Source: Candidatus Micrarchaeota archaeon (lineage in GTDB: Archaea > Micrarchaeota > Micrarchaeia > Anstonellales > JAGGVH01). From it: 64,000 bases of DNA. Where the stretch lies: NCBI GenBank assembly GCA_020854835.1, contig JAHKLX010000055.1, positions 11,691 to 75,690 on the forward strand, written 5' to 3'. The notes under the pieces are model-generated. The model was not told the DNA's origin. It searched no databases and saw nothing but the letters and a program-made list of their open reading frames with translations. The translations under genes and the position numbers were made by a program. Shown in pieces: positions 8,488-18,136 of the stretch; the first letter of the stretch is position 1; the number at the start of each line of letters is the position of its first letter.

Positions 8488-9315
8488 ATGACAAAACTCA
8501 AAAAATCTGCGATTATTGGATCTGCGATATTGATTGGTGTGGGTAGCATAGGTGCAGAGAATACAGTCAGGATTCAGAATAAAGACAATGTTATATCCTC
8601 AGTTTCAGATGTTTTAGTGGACCGGAATATAAAAGACATTTATGGTTTTAGATCATATATGCTGAAGATTTTAATAGATGAAAGATTAAAAATAGATGAG
8701 AATATTGGAAGATTTTTTAGAAGAAATCCTGAAAACACTCTTACTGAAGAAGAATATGTTGAAAAACTCGTTACAGTTGAAAGGATTGTAGGAGGGAAAC
8801 TTTTTCTGATAAAGGAAAAAAAAGCCTTGGAATTGGCCGAAGAGAAATATAAAGTGCCAAAGGAAATAATTGTTGCGATATTAGGTATTGAAACAAGTTA
8901 TGGATTGATAAAAGGCAAATATGATCCTGTGAGTGCGTTTGTATCTATAATTGAACATTACCCTAAAAGAATAGATTTTGCTACAAACGGACTTGCAGAT
9001 CTATTGTATATATGCTACACGGACGGACTTGATCCTTTTGAGATGAATTCATCTTATGCAGGTTGTATAGGTCCCGGGCAGTTTTTTCCGCCAACTTGGA
9101 AGCTGTACGGGGTCGATGGAGATGGGGACGGAATAAGGGATTTTAAAAACATTAAAGATGTAATCCCATCAGTTGCAAATTTGCTTTCTAAAAATGGGTG
9201 GAACAATAGTGATCCAATTAAACAAAAAAAATCTCTTCGCGCTTATAATCCCTCAGATAATTATGTTGCAGCAATAATGGAATTGGCAGTAAGATTGGGG
9301 TGGGGCAATGAATAG
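8488..9315 (+). CDS. MltB-like lytic murein transglycosylase (SLT_2-type), secreted
   Basis: 275 aa with an N-terminal signal/TM (SAIIGSAILIGVGSIGA). The catalytic-Glu motif ILGIETSYG and SSYAGCIGPGQFFPPTWKLYGVDGDGDGIRD mirror MltB-family GAMGQxQFMPSS..YAVDxDGDGxxD. Confidence 0.8.
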   Translation: MTKLKKSAIIGSAILIGVGSIGAENTVRIQNKDNVISSVSDVLVDRNIKDIYGFRSYMLKILIDERLKIDENIGRFFRRNPENTLTEEEYVEKLVTVERIVGGKLFLIKEKKALELAEEKYKVPKEIIVAILGIETSYGLIKGKYDPVSAFVSIIEHYPKRIDFATNGLADLLYICYTDGLDPFEMNSSYAGCIGPGQFFPPTWKLYGVDGDGDGIRDFKNIKDVIPSVANLLSKNGWNNSDPIKQKKSLRAYNPSDNYVAAIMELAVRLGWGNE

Positions 9316-10186
9316 TTTGATTTTTTTGGGTACGGGAGGAAGCGCACCAACAAAAAATAGAGGTATGCCTTCAGTTGCACTTAATTATAATGGCAATTTG
9401 ATGCTTTTTGATTGTGGGGAGGGAACACAAAGACAAATGATGCGTTACAAAATCCATTATGGCAAAGTAAAATATATTTTTATATCTCACTTGCATTTAG
9501 ACCATTTCCTTGGTGTTTTTGGTTTGATACAAACCCTTAAATTAGGCGGGAGAACTGAACCTTTAGAAATATTTCTGCCAAGGGGAGGAATTAAACTTAT
9601 TGAAGCTATTGTAAAAATACCTGAATTTGTTAAAATGGTTGAATTTGGAGAAGGTGAAATTTTAAAACAAAACAATTTTTCAATAACAACATTTTTACTG
9701 GATCATAATATTGAAACATACGGGTTTGTTTTTCAAAGCAAAAACAAAATAAAATTCAATGAAAAGAAAGCAAAGTCATTAGGTATGAAAGGAAAGATGT
9801 TCACAGAAATACAAAAAAATGGGAAAATAATAATAAATGGTAAAGTCGTTAAACTATCTGATGTCGCAGAAACTAAAAGAGGTTTTAAAATCTCGTATTG
9901 CCCAGATACAAGGCCCAGTAAAAAAACTGTGAAATATTGCAAAGAATCAGATATTTTAATTCATGAAGCTGCGTTTTTAGAAGAAGATAAAGATCAGGCA
10001 CAGGATAGAAAACATTCAACTGCGAAAGAAGCCGCACAAATTGCCAAGCAATCAAAATCCAAACAATTAATGATGCTTCATTTAAGTCCTAGGTATAAAT
10101 CACCTGAAAATTTTGAAAAAGAAGCCAAAAAAGTTTTTAAAAATTCTTCTGTTGCTGAAGACGGCTATATTGTAAAATTCGCATAA
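9308..10186 (+). CDS. rnz: ribonuclease Z (tRNA 3' endonuclease)
   Basis: 292 aa. LGTGGSAPTKNRG, FDCGEGTQRQM and the metallo-beta-lactamase motif SHLHLDH. Size is typical of short-form RNase Z. Confidence 0.85.
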   Translation: MNSLIFLGTGGSAPTKNRGMPSVALNYNGNLMLFDCGEGTQRQMMRYKIHYGKVKYIFISHLHLDHFLGVFGLIQTLKLGGRTEPLEIFLPRGGIKLIEAIVKIPEFVKMVEFGEGEILKQNNFSITTFLLDHNIETYGFVFQSKNKIKFNEKKAKSLGMKGKMFTEIQKNGKIIINGKVVKLSDVAETKRGFKISYCPDTRPSKKTVKYCKESDILIHEAAFLEEDKDQAQDRKHSTAKEAAQIAKQSKSKQLMMLHLSPRYKSPENFEKEAKKVFKNSSVAEDGYIVKFA

Positions 10187-10193
10187 AAAATAT

Positions 10194-10225
10194 AAAAAAA
10201 TCCATCAAATTGATGGATTATTTTT
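10194..10225. terminator. hairpin flanked by A-run/T-run between convergent genes
   Basis: The sequence reads aaaaaaa TCCATCA aat TGATGGA ttattttt: a 7-bp stem at 10201-10207/10211-10217 with a 3-nt loop. It sits between the rnz stop and the stop of 10218..10616. Function is inferred only. Confidence 0.3.
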
Positions 10226-10616
10226 CATCTTCCTTTTTATTTATAGTAAATCTTGGGGGCAACATTGGTGATGGAAGATTTACTGGTCTGACTACAAATG
10301 TGCCATTTACAGATGCAGTATAGTTTATTGTGTTCAAAACTATGTTTGCAAATTCATCAGGCAATTTTTTATCTTTTGACCATTCTTTTTTTATGTCTGC
10401 TGCATTTTCTTCCACAGCTGCAAGTTCTCCTTTAATCACGAGCTCCCCTACTGATTCTTCATATTTTGCAGAATATGTGTAAGTGAGGACTAGATTGTTT
10501 CCTTCATTTTTTATATCATCTATTGAGATATTGATTTTCAAACCTTTTGTTGCCTCAGGAGAAAACCTTCTTGCCTCCACTGATAGTATATTTCCACCGG
10601 TTATCATTGAATACAC
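10218..10616 (-). CDS. hypothetical protein (weak SecB-like pattern)
   Basis: 132-aa ORF. Alternating beta-like segments end in VRPVNLPSPMLPP, reminiscent of the SecB C-terminal region. Resemblance by eye only. Confidence 0.5.
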   Translation of the reverse strand: MYSMITGGNILSVEARRFSPEATKGLKINISIDDIKNEGNNLVLTYTYSAKYEESVGELVIKGELAAVEENAADIKKEWSKDKKLPDEFANIVLNTINYTASVNGTFVVRPVNLPSPMLPPRFTINKKEDEK

Positions 10617-10716
10617 CTCCTTTTAGTATTACATATATTAGAATTTTAATTTAAATAGTCAACCTTTATAATTGTTTCTGGTATAAGAAATTTAAGAGAT
10701 TTGATAGGGGAAAAGC

Positions 10717-11544
10717 ATGAAAAAAATATATTTACTGTGTATATTTATATTTATGGGTTTATTTTTCGCAAAGATAGAGAGAGAAAACCTTAACATTATA
10801 GTCTATCTTAATAATGACGGCACTGCGCATGTTATTGAACAAAATAAATACTTTATTGAGGGGAACCATTCTATAACACAGTATCAAAGTATTTTAAGAT
10901 CATTTGAAACTAAAAACGATCTTGCTTTTTGGTCGACAACAATTGGAAAAGATGCACCCACATTCCATGTTGATCCCGGGACAGGCAGATCAAATGTGGT
11001 TATTGCACCCTCAGACATTTATATCTACAGCATATATAGTGAAACGGCCAGAGCATATATAACTGTTGAATATGATATTGGAATAGAAAAAACTGAAAAT
11101 CAATCAACTGGTGTTTTTATAATCAAACAAATTAAACCAAGAACTAATGAATACGTGCTAAATACTGACGCCATAAGATTTGAAAAAAATGAATATGGGG
11201 ATGTTTTTCTCCCGGACAACACCGGTCTTGAATTTATACTCCCAAATGAAATTGTGTTGACTGCCGTAAGACCTTTCCCTGCATCTTTAGAAGAAAGGAA
11301 TCTTCCGAGATATGATGTTGGATCACTCAGATGGGAAAATGAGGTTCACCTGGCTAGGTTTTCAATTGTTTTTCAGAAAGAAGACAGATTGGATGAGGAA
11401 ATGATGAATTTTTTTAGCCTTTGGGAGAAGAAAATTGTTAATATGGTGACCGGTCCAGAAGGATGGGCAGTTGTATTGATATGTGTTATAATAATTGTAT
11501 CATACATTGCAATACAAAATGTAAAGAGAAAATCAGGTGAGTAG
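10717..11544 (+). CDS. hypothetical signal-peptide protein with C-terminal TM anchor
   Basis: 275 aa with an N-terminal hydrophobic signal, a C-terminal GWAVVLICVIIIVSYIAI followed by basic KRKSGE, and a GGGG SD-like motif before the ATG. Confidence 0.6.
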   Translation: MKKIYLLCIFIFMGLFFAKIERENLNIIVYLNNDGTAHVIEQNKYFIEGNHSITQYQSILRSFETKNDLAFWSTTIGKDAPTFHVDPGTGRSNVVIAPSDIYIYSIYSETARAYITVEYDIGIEKTENQSTGVFIIKQIKPRTNEYVLNTDAIRFEKNEYGDVFLPDNTGLEFILPNEIVLTAVRPFPASLEERNLPRYDVGSLRWENEVHLARFSIVFQKEDRLDEEMMNFFSLWEKKIVNMVTGPEGWAVVLICVIIIVSYIAIQNVKRKSGE

Positions 11545-12984
11545 ATGGAACTCCATAAGTATGAAGTTATAATTCTTAAAACAATGGAACCTGGAAAAAA
11601 ATATGGTATCTCTGTTGGAGATCAAACTTCTTTGAATATAGAAAAATTAAGCGGACTTAATTCAGATGCTGTAAAGAGGGCAGTCGGCTGGCTTAAAGAA
11701 AAAGGGCTTGTAAAAATTGAAACTAGAATTAAAAGAGACATTACAACAATAACAGAAGAATATAAACAATACAAAAATCAGGGTTTTCCAGAATATAATT
11801 TAACTAAAAAAGCAATGGATAATAAAGAATTGGATATTAACGCATTGACGCCCATAGAAAAATCTGTTGGGCTGCCGTGGGCAAAAAGAAAGAATTGGAT
11901 TACCATTAAAAATGGGAAAATTGTTCCGATAATCTCTTCTCTACCTGAGAGTTATGAACCCGATAAAGATGAAATCAAAGACAGAAAATTAATTTTTATA
12001 AAACAAACAAGTAGTTTGACTTTTTCCTTGAGTAATTTTGGAGAGAAAATAAGAAATGAAATAATTTTGGGAAAAATTGAATATGGGGGAATAAATCTTT
12101 TAACAGATCAAATAATAAAATCAAAATCATGGAAAAACAAACCATTTAGAAAATATAATGTTACTGCTGAAAGCGAACCTCTGTATCCTGGAAAAAGACA
12201 TATTTTATCTAGATTGAGTCACACGATTAGAGAAATATTCAAAGATATGGGATTCCAAGAAATGGAAGGGCCTGTTTTAGAATCAAGTTTTTGGGTGTTT
12301 GATGCTTTATTCCAGCCCCAAGATCATCCCGCAAGGGAGCTCGCAGACACATTTTATATTAAAAAAAATTTTGAGATAAATGATAACGACATTCCAAAAG
12401 ATGTATTAAATAAAGTTAAAAAATCTCATGAAAAAGGATGGGGTTATAGGTGGTCTGAAGACGTATCCAAACAAGGAGTTTTGCGATGCCATACAACTTC
12501 TCTAAGCGCCAAAATGCTTAGTAAATTAAAAGATACAAAAGATCCGAAAAAATATTTTGCAATAGGCAAAGTATATAGGAATGAGGCAATAGATTACAAA
12601 CACTTGGCAGAATTTCACCAAGTGGAAGGAATAATTGTTTCAGAAGATATGAAATTTTCAGATTTGCTGGGCACTTTAAAAGAATTTTATAAAAAATTGG
12701 GGTTTGATGAAGTAAAGTTTTTTCCCTGTTATTTCCCCTATACTGAACCAAGCGTAGAAATATATGTATACCTCCCTTCGCGAAAGGAGTGGGTGGAAAT
12801 GGGAGGTGCAGGCATCTTTAGGCCGGAAGTTAGTGAAACACTCTGTGGAAGATATCCTGTTTTGGCTTTTGGATTAAGCTTGGAAAGGCCACTTATGATA
12901 TTGACTGAAATGGACGATATAAGAATGTTCTATCAAAATAAAATTGACTGGCTTAGGAAAATGACTTATGATCAAGTAAGGTGA
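11545..12984 (+). CDS. pheS: phenylalanine--tRNA ligase alpha subunit
   Basis: 479 aa. Class II motifs FQPQDHPARE, RCHTTS and GAGIFRPEV, with an archaeal-type long N-terminal wHTH region. The start abuts the upstream stop. Confidence 0.92.
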   Translation: MELHKYEVIILKTMEPGKKYGISVGDQTSLNIEKLSGLNSDAVKRAVGWLKEKGLVKIETRIKRDITTITEEYKQYKNQGFPEYNLTKKAMDNKELDINALTPIEKSVGLPWAKRKNWITIKNGKIVPIISSLPESYEPDKDEIKDRKLIFIKQTSSLTFSLSNFGEKIRNEIILGKIEYGGINLLTDQIIKSKSWKNKPFRKYNVTAESEPLYPGKRHILSRLSHTIREIFKDMGFQEMEGPVLESSFWVFDALFQPQDHPARELADTFYIKKNFEINDNDIPKDVLNKVKKSHEKGWGYRWSEDVSKQGVLRCHTTSLSAKMLSKLKDTKDPKKYFAIGKVYRNEAIDYKHLAEFHQVEGIIVSEDMKFSDLLGTLKEFYKKLGFDEVKFFPCYFPYTEPSVEIYVYLPSRKEWVEMGGAGIFRPEVSETLCGRYPVLAFGLSLERPLMILTEMDDIRMFYQNKIDWLRKMTYDQVR

Positions 12985-12988
12985 GAAT

Positions 12989-13573
12989 ATGGGTAAAGAA
13001 GTTTATTTTTTGAGCGGGCTTACGCTTTTGGTAATTGCATATGTTGCATACATATCATGTACAACACAATGGCCTTTTGAACCTTTAAACTATTGCAATA
13101 ATTTTACTCCGTTTTTTGGGTCTTGCGATGAAAATATAGAGATGCTGGGAAATGTGATGTTTGTTTTGATGATTTTTGGAATTATTTTAACAGTGTATGC
13201 AGTACTATCTTTCCTAAGTCCTGTTGTAAAAAAAGTAACTGAAGAAAAACATGTTAGAACTGAAACTTTTGTAGGTGTTGCGATGCCCGAAAACAAAAAA
13301 ATTCCTACAGAAATTATATCCAAAACACAAGACGGAATTGTGTTTCTGTTTGTTCTCCAGAGAATTGATACAACTCAGGCTTTGGCAAATAAACAATTGA
13401 AAATTACAATCCATAACAACATACTTAATGTATTAACAAATAAAGAAGGAGAATTTATATTAGATTTGAGAAATTACATATCAACAGGTGAAAAAAGAAA
13501 TTTTTATGTTGAATTTTTGGGAGATGAGTATTTCAAATACTCAAAATATGAATTAAAGGACGAAAGCAATTGA
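12989..13573 (+). CDS. hypothetical 2-TM membrane protein
   Basis: 194 aa with two hydrophobic helices, then a soluble beta-rich C-terminal region. SD ggtgag lies before the ATG. Confidence 0.55.
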   Translation: MGKEVYFLSGLTLLVIAYVAYISCTTQWPFEPLNYCNNFTPFFGSCDENIEMLGNVMFVLMIFGIILTVYAVLSFLSPVVKKVTEEKHVRTETFVGVAMPENKKIPTEIISKTQDGIVFLFVLQRIDTTQALANKQLKITIHNNILNVLTNKEGEFILDLRNYISTGEKRNFYVEFLGDEYFKYSKYELKDESN

Positions 13574-13583
13574 AGGTGTATTG

Positions 13584-15695
13584 ATGGAAATAAAAACAGG
13601 AATTTATGTAGGGGTTGGAATTGTTGTTTTATTTTTGATTTCAACACTGATATTAAGTATTTTGGGAACTGCCGGCGAACAGAGAATTGAAGAACGCGAA
13701 GCAAATATTGAAATACTGTATGAAAAATCGGGTTTGCTGTCTCATAATGAAGAATATGTTCCATTTATAACTTATAAAACCAACATAACCTATGTTACTC
13801 AAAGCTCGGTGGATTTATGGTGGTTCCAAAACAAACCTTTGAAAGAAATTTACTTTGTTACAGGCAGAGGAGTGGAGGCAAACTCCATTGAAACTATGAA
13901 AAGCGAAGTTGAGTATTATTCTAGTTTTTTTGAAGGTTTGAATTTTAGAACTGGTTATGTAGAGGGAGTTGAAAATATTGAAAATAGTGTTATTGTCATA
14001 CCCTCTGGAAGAATGCCACAAAAAATATACCAAAATATTCATGAAATAATAAGAAAAGGGAATGTAATAATTTATGTGGGCATGGACATTGATTATGTTA
14101 TTGATGATTCTGGATCTCTTATTGAAACATATGAGAAAAGAAGTTTGGAAAAATCATCTTATGCGTGGGAAGTGCAAAAAGGTGAGTGGAATACTATTGC
14201 TATAAAAGATAATGGAATGCCGATAGGATATATGCTCCACATGCCCTCAAGCCCAGATAGGGTTAGTGGATTGTCTGGAAAGATATTTGATGCAATCCTA
14301 TATAATAGATGGCAGGAACCTTTAAGCCAAAAAACATATCAATTCACTGAAAATGTTGGCTATGCAACTTTTTTTGGAGAAAAAGCAAAATATTCTGGGG
14401 GCCATTTGAGAACTATATTCTCAGTACAAGCAGAAAATAAAACATTATACCAAATAGAGGATTATGTTGTTGAATACCCATTAATAGGCAGAATGTTTTA
14501 CAATGTTAACAAACTCAAAGGAGAGCCGATTGATATTAATATGAAACTTAGATCAAGTTATTTGCAACCCGTTCATCTGATAATGTATACTGACTTTATC
14601 CATAATAATCATATTATAGATTCTCAAAAATTATCTGAAATAAGAATAAAACAAGTTTGGGAGTCAAGTTCAACCGTACAAAATAAACTCCATCCGGGAG
14701 AGTATATTATATCTTTAAGGGACCAGTATAACAATGTGTGGGCCCTCGGATACCTGCATATTTCCGGACTTTATGCAGTTCTTAACGAAATTAAAGAAGG
14801 AGAAGGAAAGTTTTATGTTTCTATAGAAGGACAGCCCCTGACTGGAGTGGTAGACGTATATATAGATGACGAATATAATGGAAATTATAAAGTTTCAAGA
14901 GGATATACATATATTGATCTTCCAAAAGATGAACACAAAATTAAATTTGTTTACGAACATTCTGATTGGGAATTTTCATTTAATAACACGACAGAAACAT
15001 TGCTCGAGAGATATTTGAATGTTATGGGCCCGGCATTATTATTATTTGTAGTTATTTTTGTTTTATTCAGAAGACAGAAACCAATAACTTATAGGTTAAT
15101 TGTGCCTAAAATCACGGAAAAGAAAACAAAAACTAAAAAAATAAATGAGAAACAATTGATTGGAATATTTGATAAAATTTATCAAGAATTTGAATGGGAA
15201 AAAACTCCGCTCCCCTTAAATATAAGAGAAATAATGTATGGTATAAGGAAATATATGGAGCCGGGGGAAGAAGTCTATGTAACTGAAGGCAATTTAATAG
15301 AAATATTAAATGGTTTGATTGAAAAAAATATTGTTGAGGGGTGTGAGGACTATTATATGCCTTTAGAAAAACAAAATTTACCTATAAGGATCGCTGTTTT
15401 GAAGAGAAAAGTGCACGATATATTGATATCCCGGGGTATTAAATTCAAAGAATACAAAGAAAGAACAGAAATTTCTGAACTGGCAGTATTTTATGGGGAT
15501 AAAAAAATCGTAACATTAGATGATTTAAAACATGATAAAAAAATAGTAATTGTTTTTGATAGTTTAGATCAAAAAAATAAAATGCTTAAACACATTATGA
15601 CCCATACCAATAAAATAAATCTTGAACTCTCAACGGCAATAACTGCACAAAAAGTAGTTTTTCTGACATTAGGGGAGTTTGAGGACTATGTATGA
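13584..15695 (+). CDS. hypothetical large bitopic membrane protein
   Basis: ~703 aa (ATG at 13584, SD aaggtg). It has an N-terminal TM, a ~460-aa external domain, a second TM (GPALLLFVVIFVLF) and a ~200-aa C-terminal domain. No family recognised. Confidence 0.65.
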   Translation: MEIKTGIYVGVGIVVLFLISTLILSILGTAGEQRIEEREANIEILYEKSGLLSHNEEYVPFITYKTNITYVTQSSVDLWWFQNKPLKEIYFVTGRGVEANSIETMKSEVEYYSSFFEGLNFRTGYVEGVENIENSVIVIPSGRMPQKIYQNIHEIIRKGNVIIYVGMDIDYVIDDSGSLIETYEKRSLEKSSYAWEVQKGEWNTIAIKDNGMPIGYMLHMPSSPDRVSGLSGKIFDAILYNRWQEPLSQKTYQFTENVGYATFFGEKAKYSGGHLRTIFSVQAENKTLYQIEDYVVEYPLIGRMFYNVNKLKGEPIDINMKLRSSYLQPVHLIMYTDFIHNNHIIDSQKLSEIRIKQVWESSSTVQNKLHPGEYIISLRDQYNNVWALGYLHISGLYAVLNEIKEGEGKFYVSIEGQPLTGVVDVYIDDEYNGNYKVSRGYTYIDLPKDEHKIKFVYEHSDWEFSFNNTTETLLERYLNVMGPALLLFVVIFVLFRRQKPITYRLIVPKITEKKTKTKKINEKQLIGIFDKIYQEFEWEKTPLPLNIREIMYGIRKYMEPGEEVYVTEGNLIEILNGLIEKNIVEGCEDYYMPLEKQNLPIRIAVLKRKVHDILISRGIKFKEYKERTEISELAVFYGDKKIVTLDDLKHDKKIVIVFDSLDQKNKMLKHIMTHTNKINLELSTAITAQKVVFLTLGEFEDYV

Positions 15696-17403
15696 AAGAA
15701 TTTTTATCTTTTTACTTTTTTTAAATTTGTTTTTTGCAATACCGAGTGGTTGGACAAAAACAGAGCAAGAATCTTATATAGAACCTCAGTTTCAGGAAGT
15801 TAAAAACCACAATGATAATAAAATAGGAAGTCTGTGGGGGTTTGGTAAAAATAAAAGAGATGTTTCTGAAAATGAAGAACCAAACTACTCTGATATGTTT
15901 AAATGGGTTGATTTGGTCATAGGATATGCACATGTTTCGATAGATGAACAATCAATACCTGACAATGAAGAAGTGCGCATATACTGGGGATGGGGTGAAG
16001 ATCATATATCCTCTGCAAATGTAACATTGCCGGCCGCATCCCCTTGTGAAGATGAAATAAACAATTTTAGAAAAAGAAGCTCCCACCCTGTGTATTTAGA
16101 TAATGGACATATGAAATTCCAGTATTATGATATTGTAAAAGAAGTTAGACTAACATATGAATACAGAGTTATAAAAATTTGTCCGGACCGAACAAATCAA
16201 AATTTCTGCAAATACCATTTTGAAAAAAACAATCAACTAGAAGAAATAGTTGAGGGGAGTCATGAGGATTTCAAAGAATATGTTATTAGAGATATTTATG
16301 AGAAAACAAATAAAATTTATGATATTGATACGCTGCGAAGTGTTGTTAAAATGCAGCAGTTGGATGTGGCAGGTGAAGAGCCACCGTCAGGTTGTATTGA
16401 ACCGGTATGTAGTATGCAGAGAGAATATTATTACATAAATCCTGTTCCAGTACCCTTCAACCAAACAGAATACAACTCTCTATTTAGAAAGTATAATGAT
16501 AGAACCTATTCACAGGAACCATGGTTGGATATTGAGTTGGGAGGAAATATTAAAATGAGAGTTTATGATATTGGATCTTATTGGGTGTTTTATAATATGT
16601 GGTTTGGCCATGAGGATATATGCGTCAGAACCTCTTACAGTGAATATATATGGGACTCAAAACCGGCGCGTGTTGAAAAGAAATCATATTTTGTTGAACA
16701 AGGCGATGTTGAATGGTTCCATATTACGCCCATTTTGGGAGAACAAATAAATAATGATCCCGAACTTGAATTTCTTGTCTTCGCAAATAGAAAAATACAA
16801 AAAGGATACTCAAAGCTAGACGAAGAGGTTTTGGCAAACCATTATATGAGAAAGTTTGATGTGTACGAAGATGTGTTTGAGTTGTGGCATGTTGTGGGCA
16901 GTGTAGTTAATCAAACTGATTTTTCCCCGCCGGGGGGAGATCCAAAAATCCCTGAAAATCCGTCGGTCCCCCATACCTATAAAGGAATGGGGCAGAGTGA
17001 AAAACAATTTTCTCCTTACCAAATAACTTATTCAAATAATTCTTTCAGGTGGGTTAATTATTACTATTTAAATTTTACATCAGAATCTGGTGGAAAGAAC
17101 TTTACACATATATATTATGATGTTTTTGGAAATGAGTTTGTGCTGAGTCGCAATATATTTTTAAGAATTCCGACATGGATTGTGAATGGAGAGGTGTATC
17201 CATATAATGGAAAAAACCTTGGCCCTGCTAAAAAAAATACCAGTTCTTCACTTCAAGTGTATTATTTTGAAGGCAATGATATATACAGATCCAGTACTTT
17301 TGTTGAACACACTCCAGAAATATACTATCCCAATATGGCGCTGCTGTTCGGGGGGACGTTTATAGTTATTAGTGTTTTATTTATGGGAAGGAGGTTTTTA
17401 TAA
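15688..17403 (+). CDS. hypothetical secreted Cys/aromatic-rich protein with C-terminal TM anchor
   Basis: ~571 aa (ATG at 15688 after the ggggag SD) with an N-terminal signal, then C-terminal ALLFGGTFIVISVLFMGRRFL. It overlaps the upstream stop. Confidence 0.65.
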   Translation: MYERIFIFLLFLNLFFAIPSGWTKTEQESYIEPQFQEVKNHNDNKIGSLWGFGKNKRDVSENEEPNYSDMFKWVDLVIGYAHVSIDEQSIPDNEEVRIYWGWGEDHISSANVTLPAASPCEDEINNFRKRSSHPVYLDNGHMKFQYYDIVKEVRLTYEYRVIKICPDRTNQNFCKYHFEKNNQLEEIVEGSHEDFKEYVIRDIYEKTNKIYDIDTLRSVVKMQQLDVAGEEPPSGCIEPVCSMQREYYYINPVPVPFNQTEYNSLFRKYNDRTYSQEPWLDIELGGNIKMRVYDIGSYWVFYNMWFGHEDICVRTSYSEYIWDSKPARVEKKSYFVEQGDVEWFHITPILGEQINNDPELEFLVFANRKIQKGYSKLDEEVLANHYMRKFDVYEDVFELWHVVGSVVNQTDFSPPGGDPKIPENPSVPHTYKGMGQSEKQFSPYQITYSNNSFRWVNYYYLNFTSESGGKNFTHIYYDVFGNEFVLSRNIFLRIPTWIVNGEVYPYNGKNLGPAKKNTSSSLQVYYFEGNDIYRSSTFVEHTPEIYYPNMALLFGGTFIVISVLFMGRRFL

Positions 17404-17651
17404 TGGAAAAAATAGAAAAGGACAGTCAAATAAGCATTCGTGTGAAAAGAAGCGGAATGTACCAAAAAATTATATTTAAAGCAGTTGATGAAACATCTGC
17501 AGGAGGCACAGTTCGTGTTTTGAAATCGGACAGGCAAATTGATATGGCAGAAGTTGAAAGAATAGCTGAAGAGCTTCAAATGCCAGTTAGGATTCCAAGT
17601 GGCTTGTTTATGCCAAAAGGGAAAATGATGAAAGATTTTATGCAGGATTAA
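17403..17651 (+). CDS. hypothetical small protein
   Basis: 82 aa. The start overlaps the upstream stop (TAATG) and the SD is ggagg. Confidence 0.45.
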   Translation: MEKIEKDSQISIRVKRSGMYQKIIFKAVDETSAGGTVRVLKSDRQIDMAEVERIAEELQMPVRIPSGLFMPKGKMMKDFMQD

Positions 17652-18076
17652 TCTTTAGTTATAATAAATTCAGTATGCTCATCTCCATCCCAAATATGTT
17701 TGGTTGGTGCATATGTCCATTTTTCCCCCAATAAATATTTTACTTTGAAAGAAATGTATGTATCATCAAACTTTTTATGATCGACAATTCCTTTTAGGTT
17801 TGGGAAAGGATCCGTGTGAAATTGGTAAATAATTTTAGAATCTGTAACTTCAGGAAAGGTAACTTTCAAACCAACACTTTCATCCCTTTGTTTTAAAACT
17901 TTTACAAAATCCTCTGGATTTCCTTTTTCAAAACCCATTGAATCATAAGCTTTCTTCAATCCTTTTTCCATGATTTTTCTGAATAATTCCAAAGCCCGTT
18001 CTTCTCCCAGTTCTTGTTTGAGAACAATGTAAAGGTTTTCGTATAAACTAAAAAAAGCACTGTTATATTCTTTCAT
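17648..18076 (-). CDS. hypothetical protein
   Basis: I chose the internal start MKEYNSAFF. The ORF-track N-terminal 30 aa are hydrophobic junk that would overlap the xpf start. No family recognised. Confidence 0.5.
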   Translation of the reverse strand: MKEYNSAFFSLYENLYIVLKQELGEERALELFRKIMEKGLKKAYDSMGFEKGNPEDFVKVLKQRDESVGLKVTFPEVTDSKIIYQFHTDPFPNLKGIVDHKKFDDTYISFKVKYLLGEKWTYAPTKHIWDGDEHTEFIITKD

Positions 18077-18136
18077 ATGTCCACCAATAATGTATTTGGC
18101 AAGAATGTTTAAAAAACTAATTAACAAAAGAAAAAT

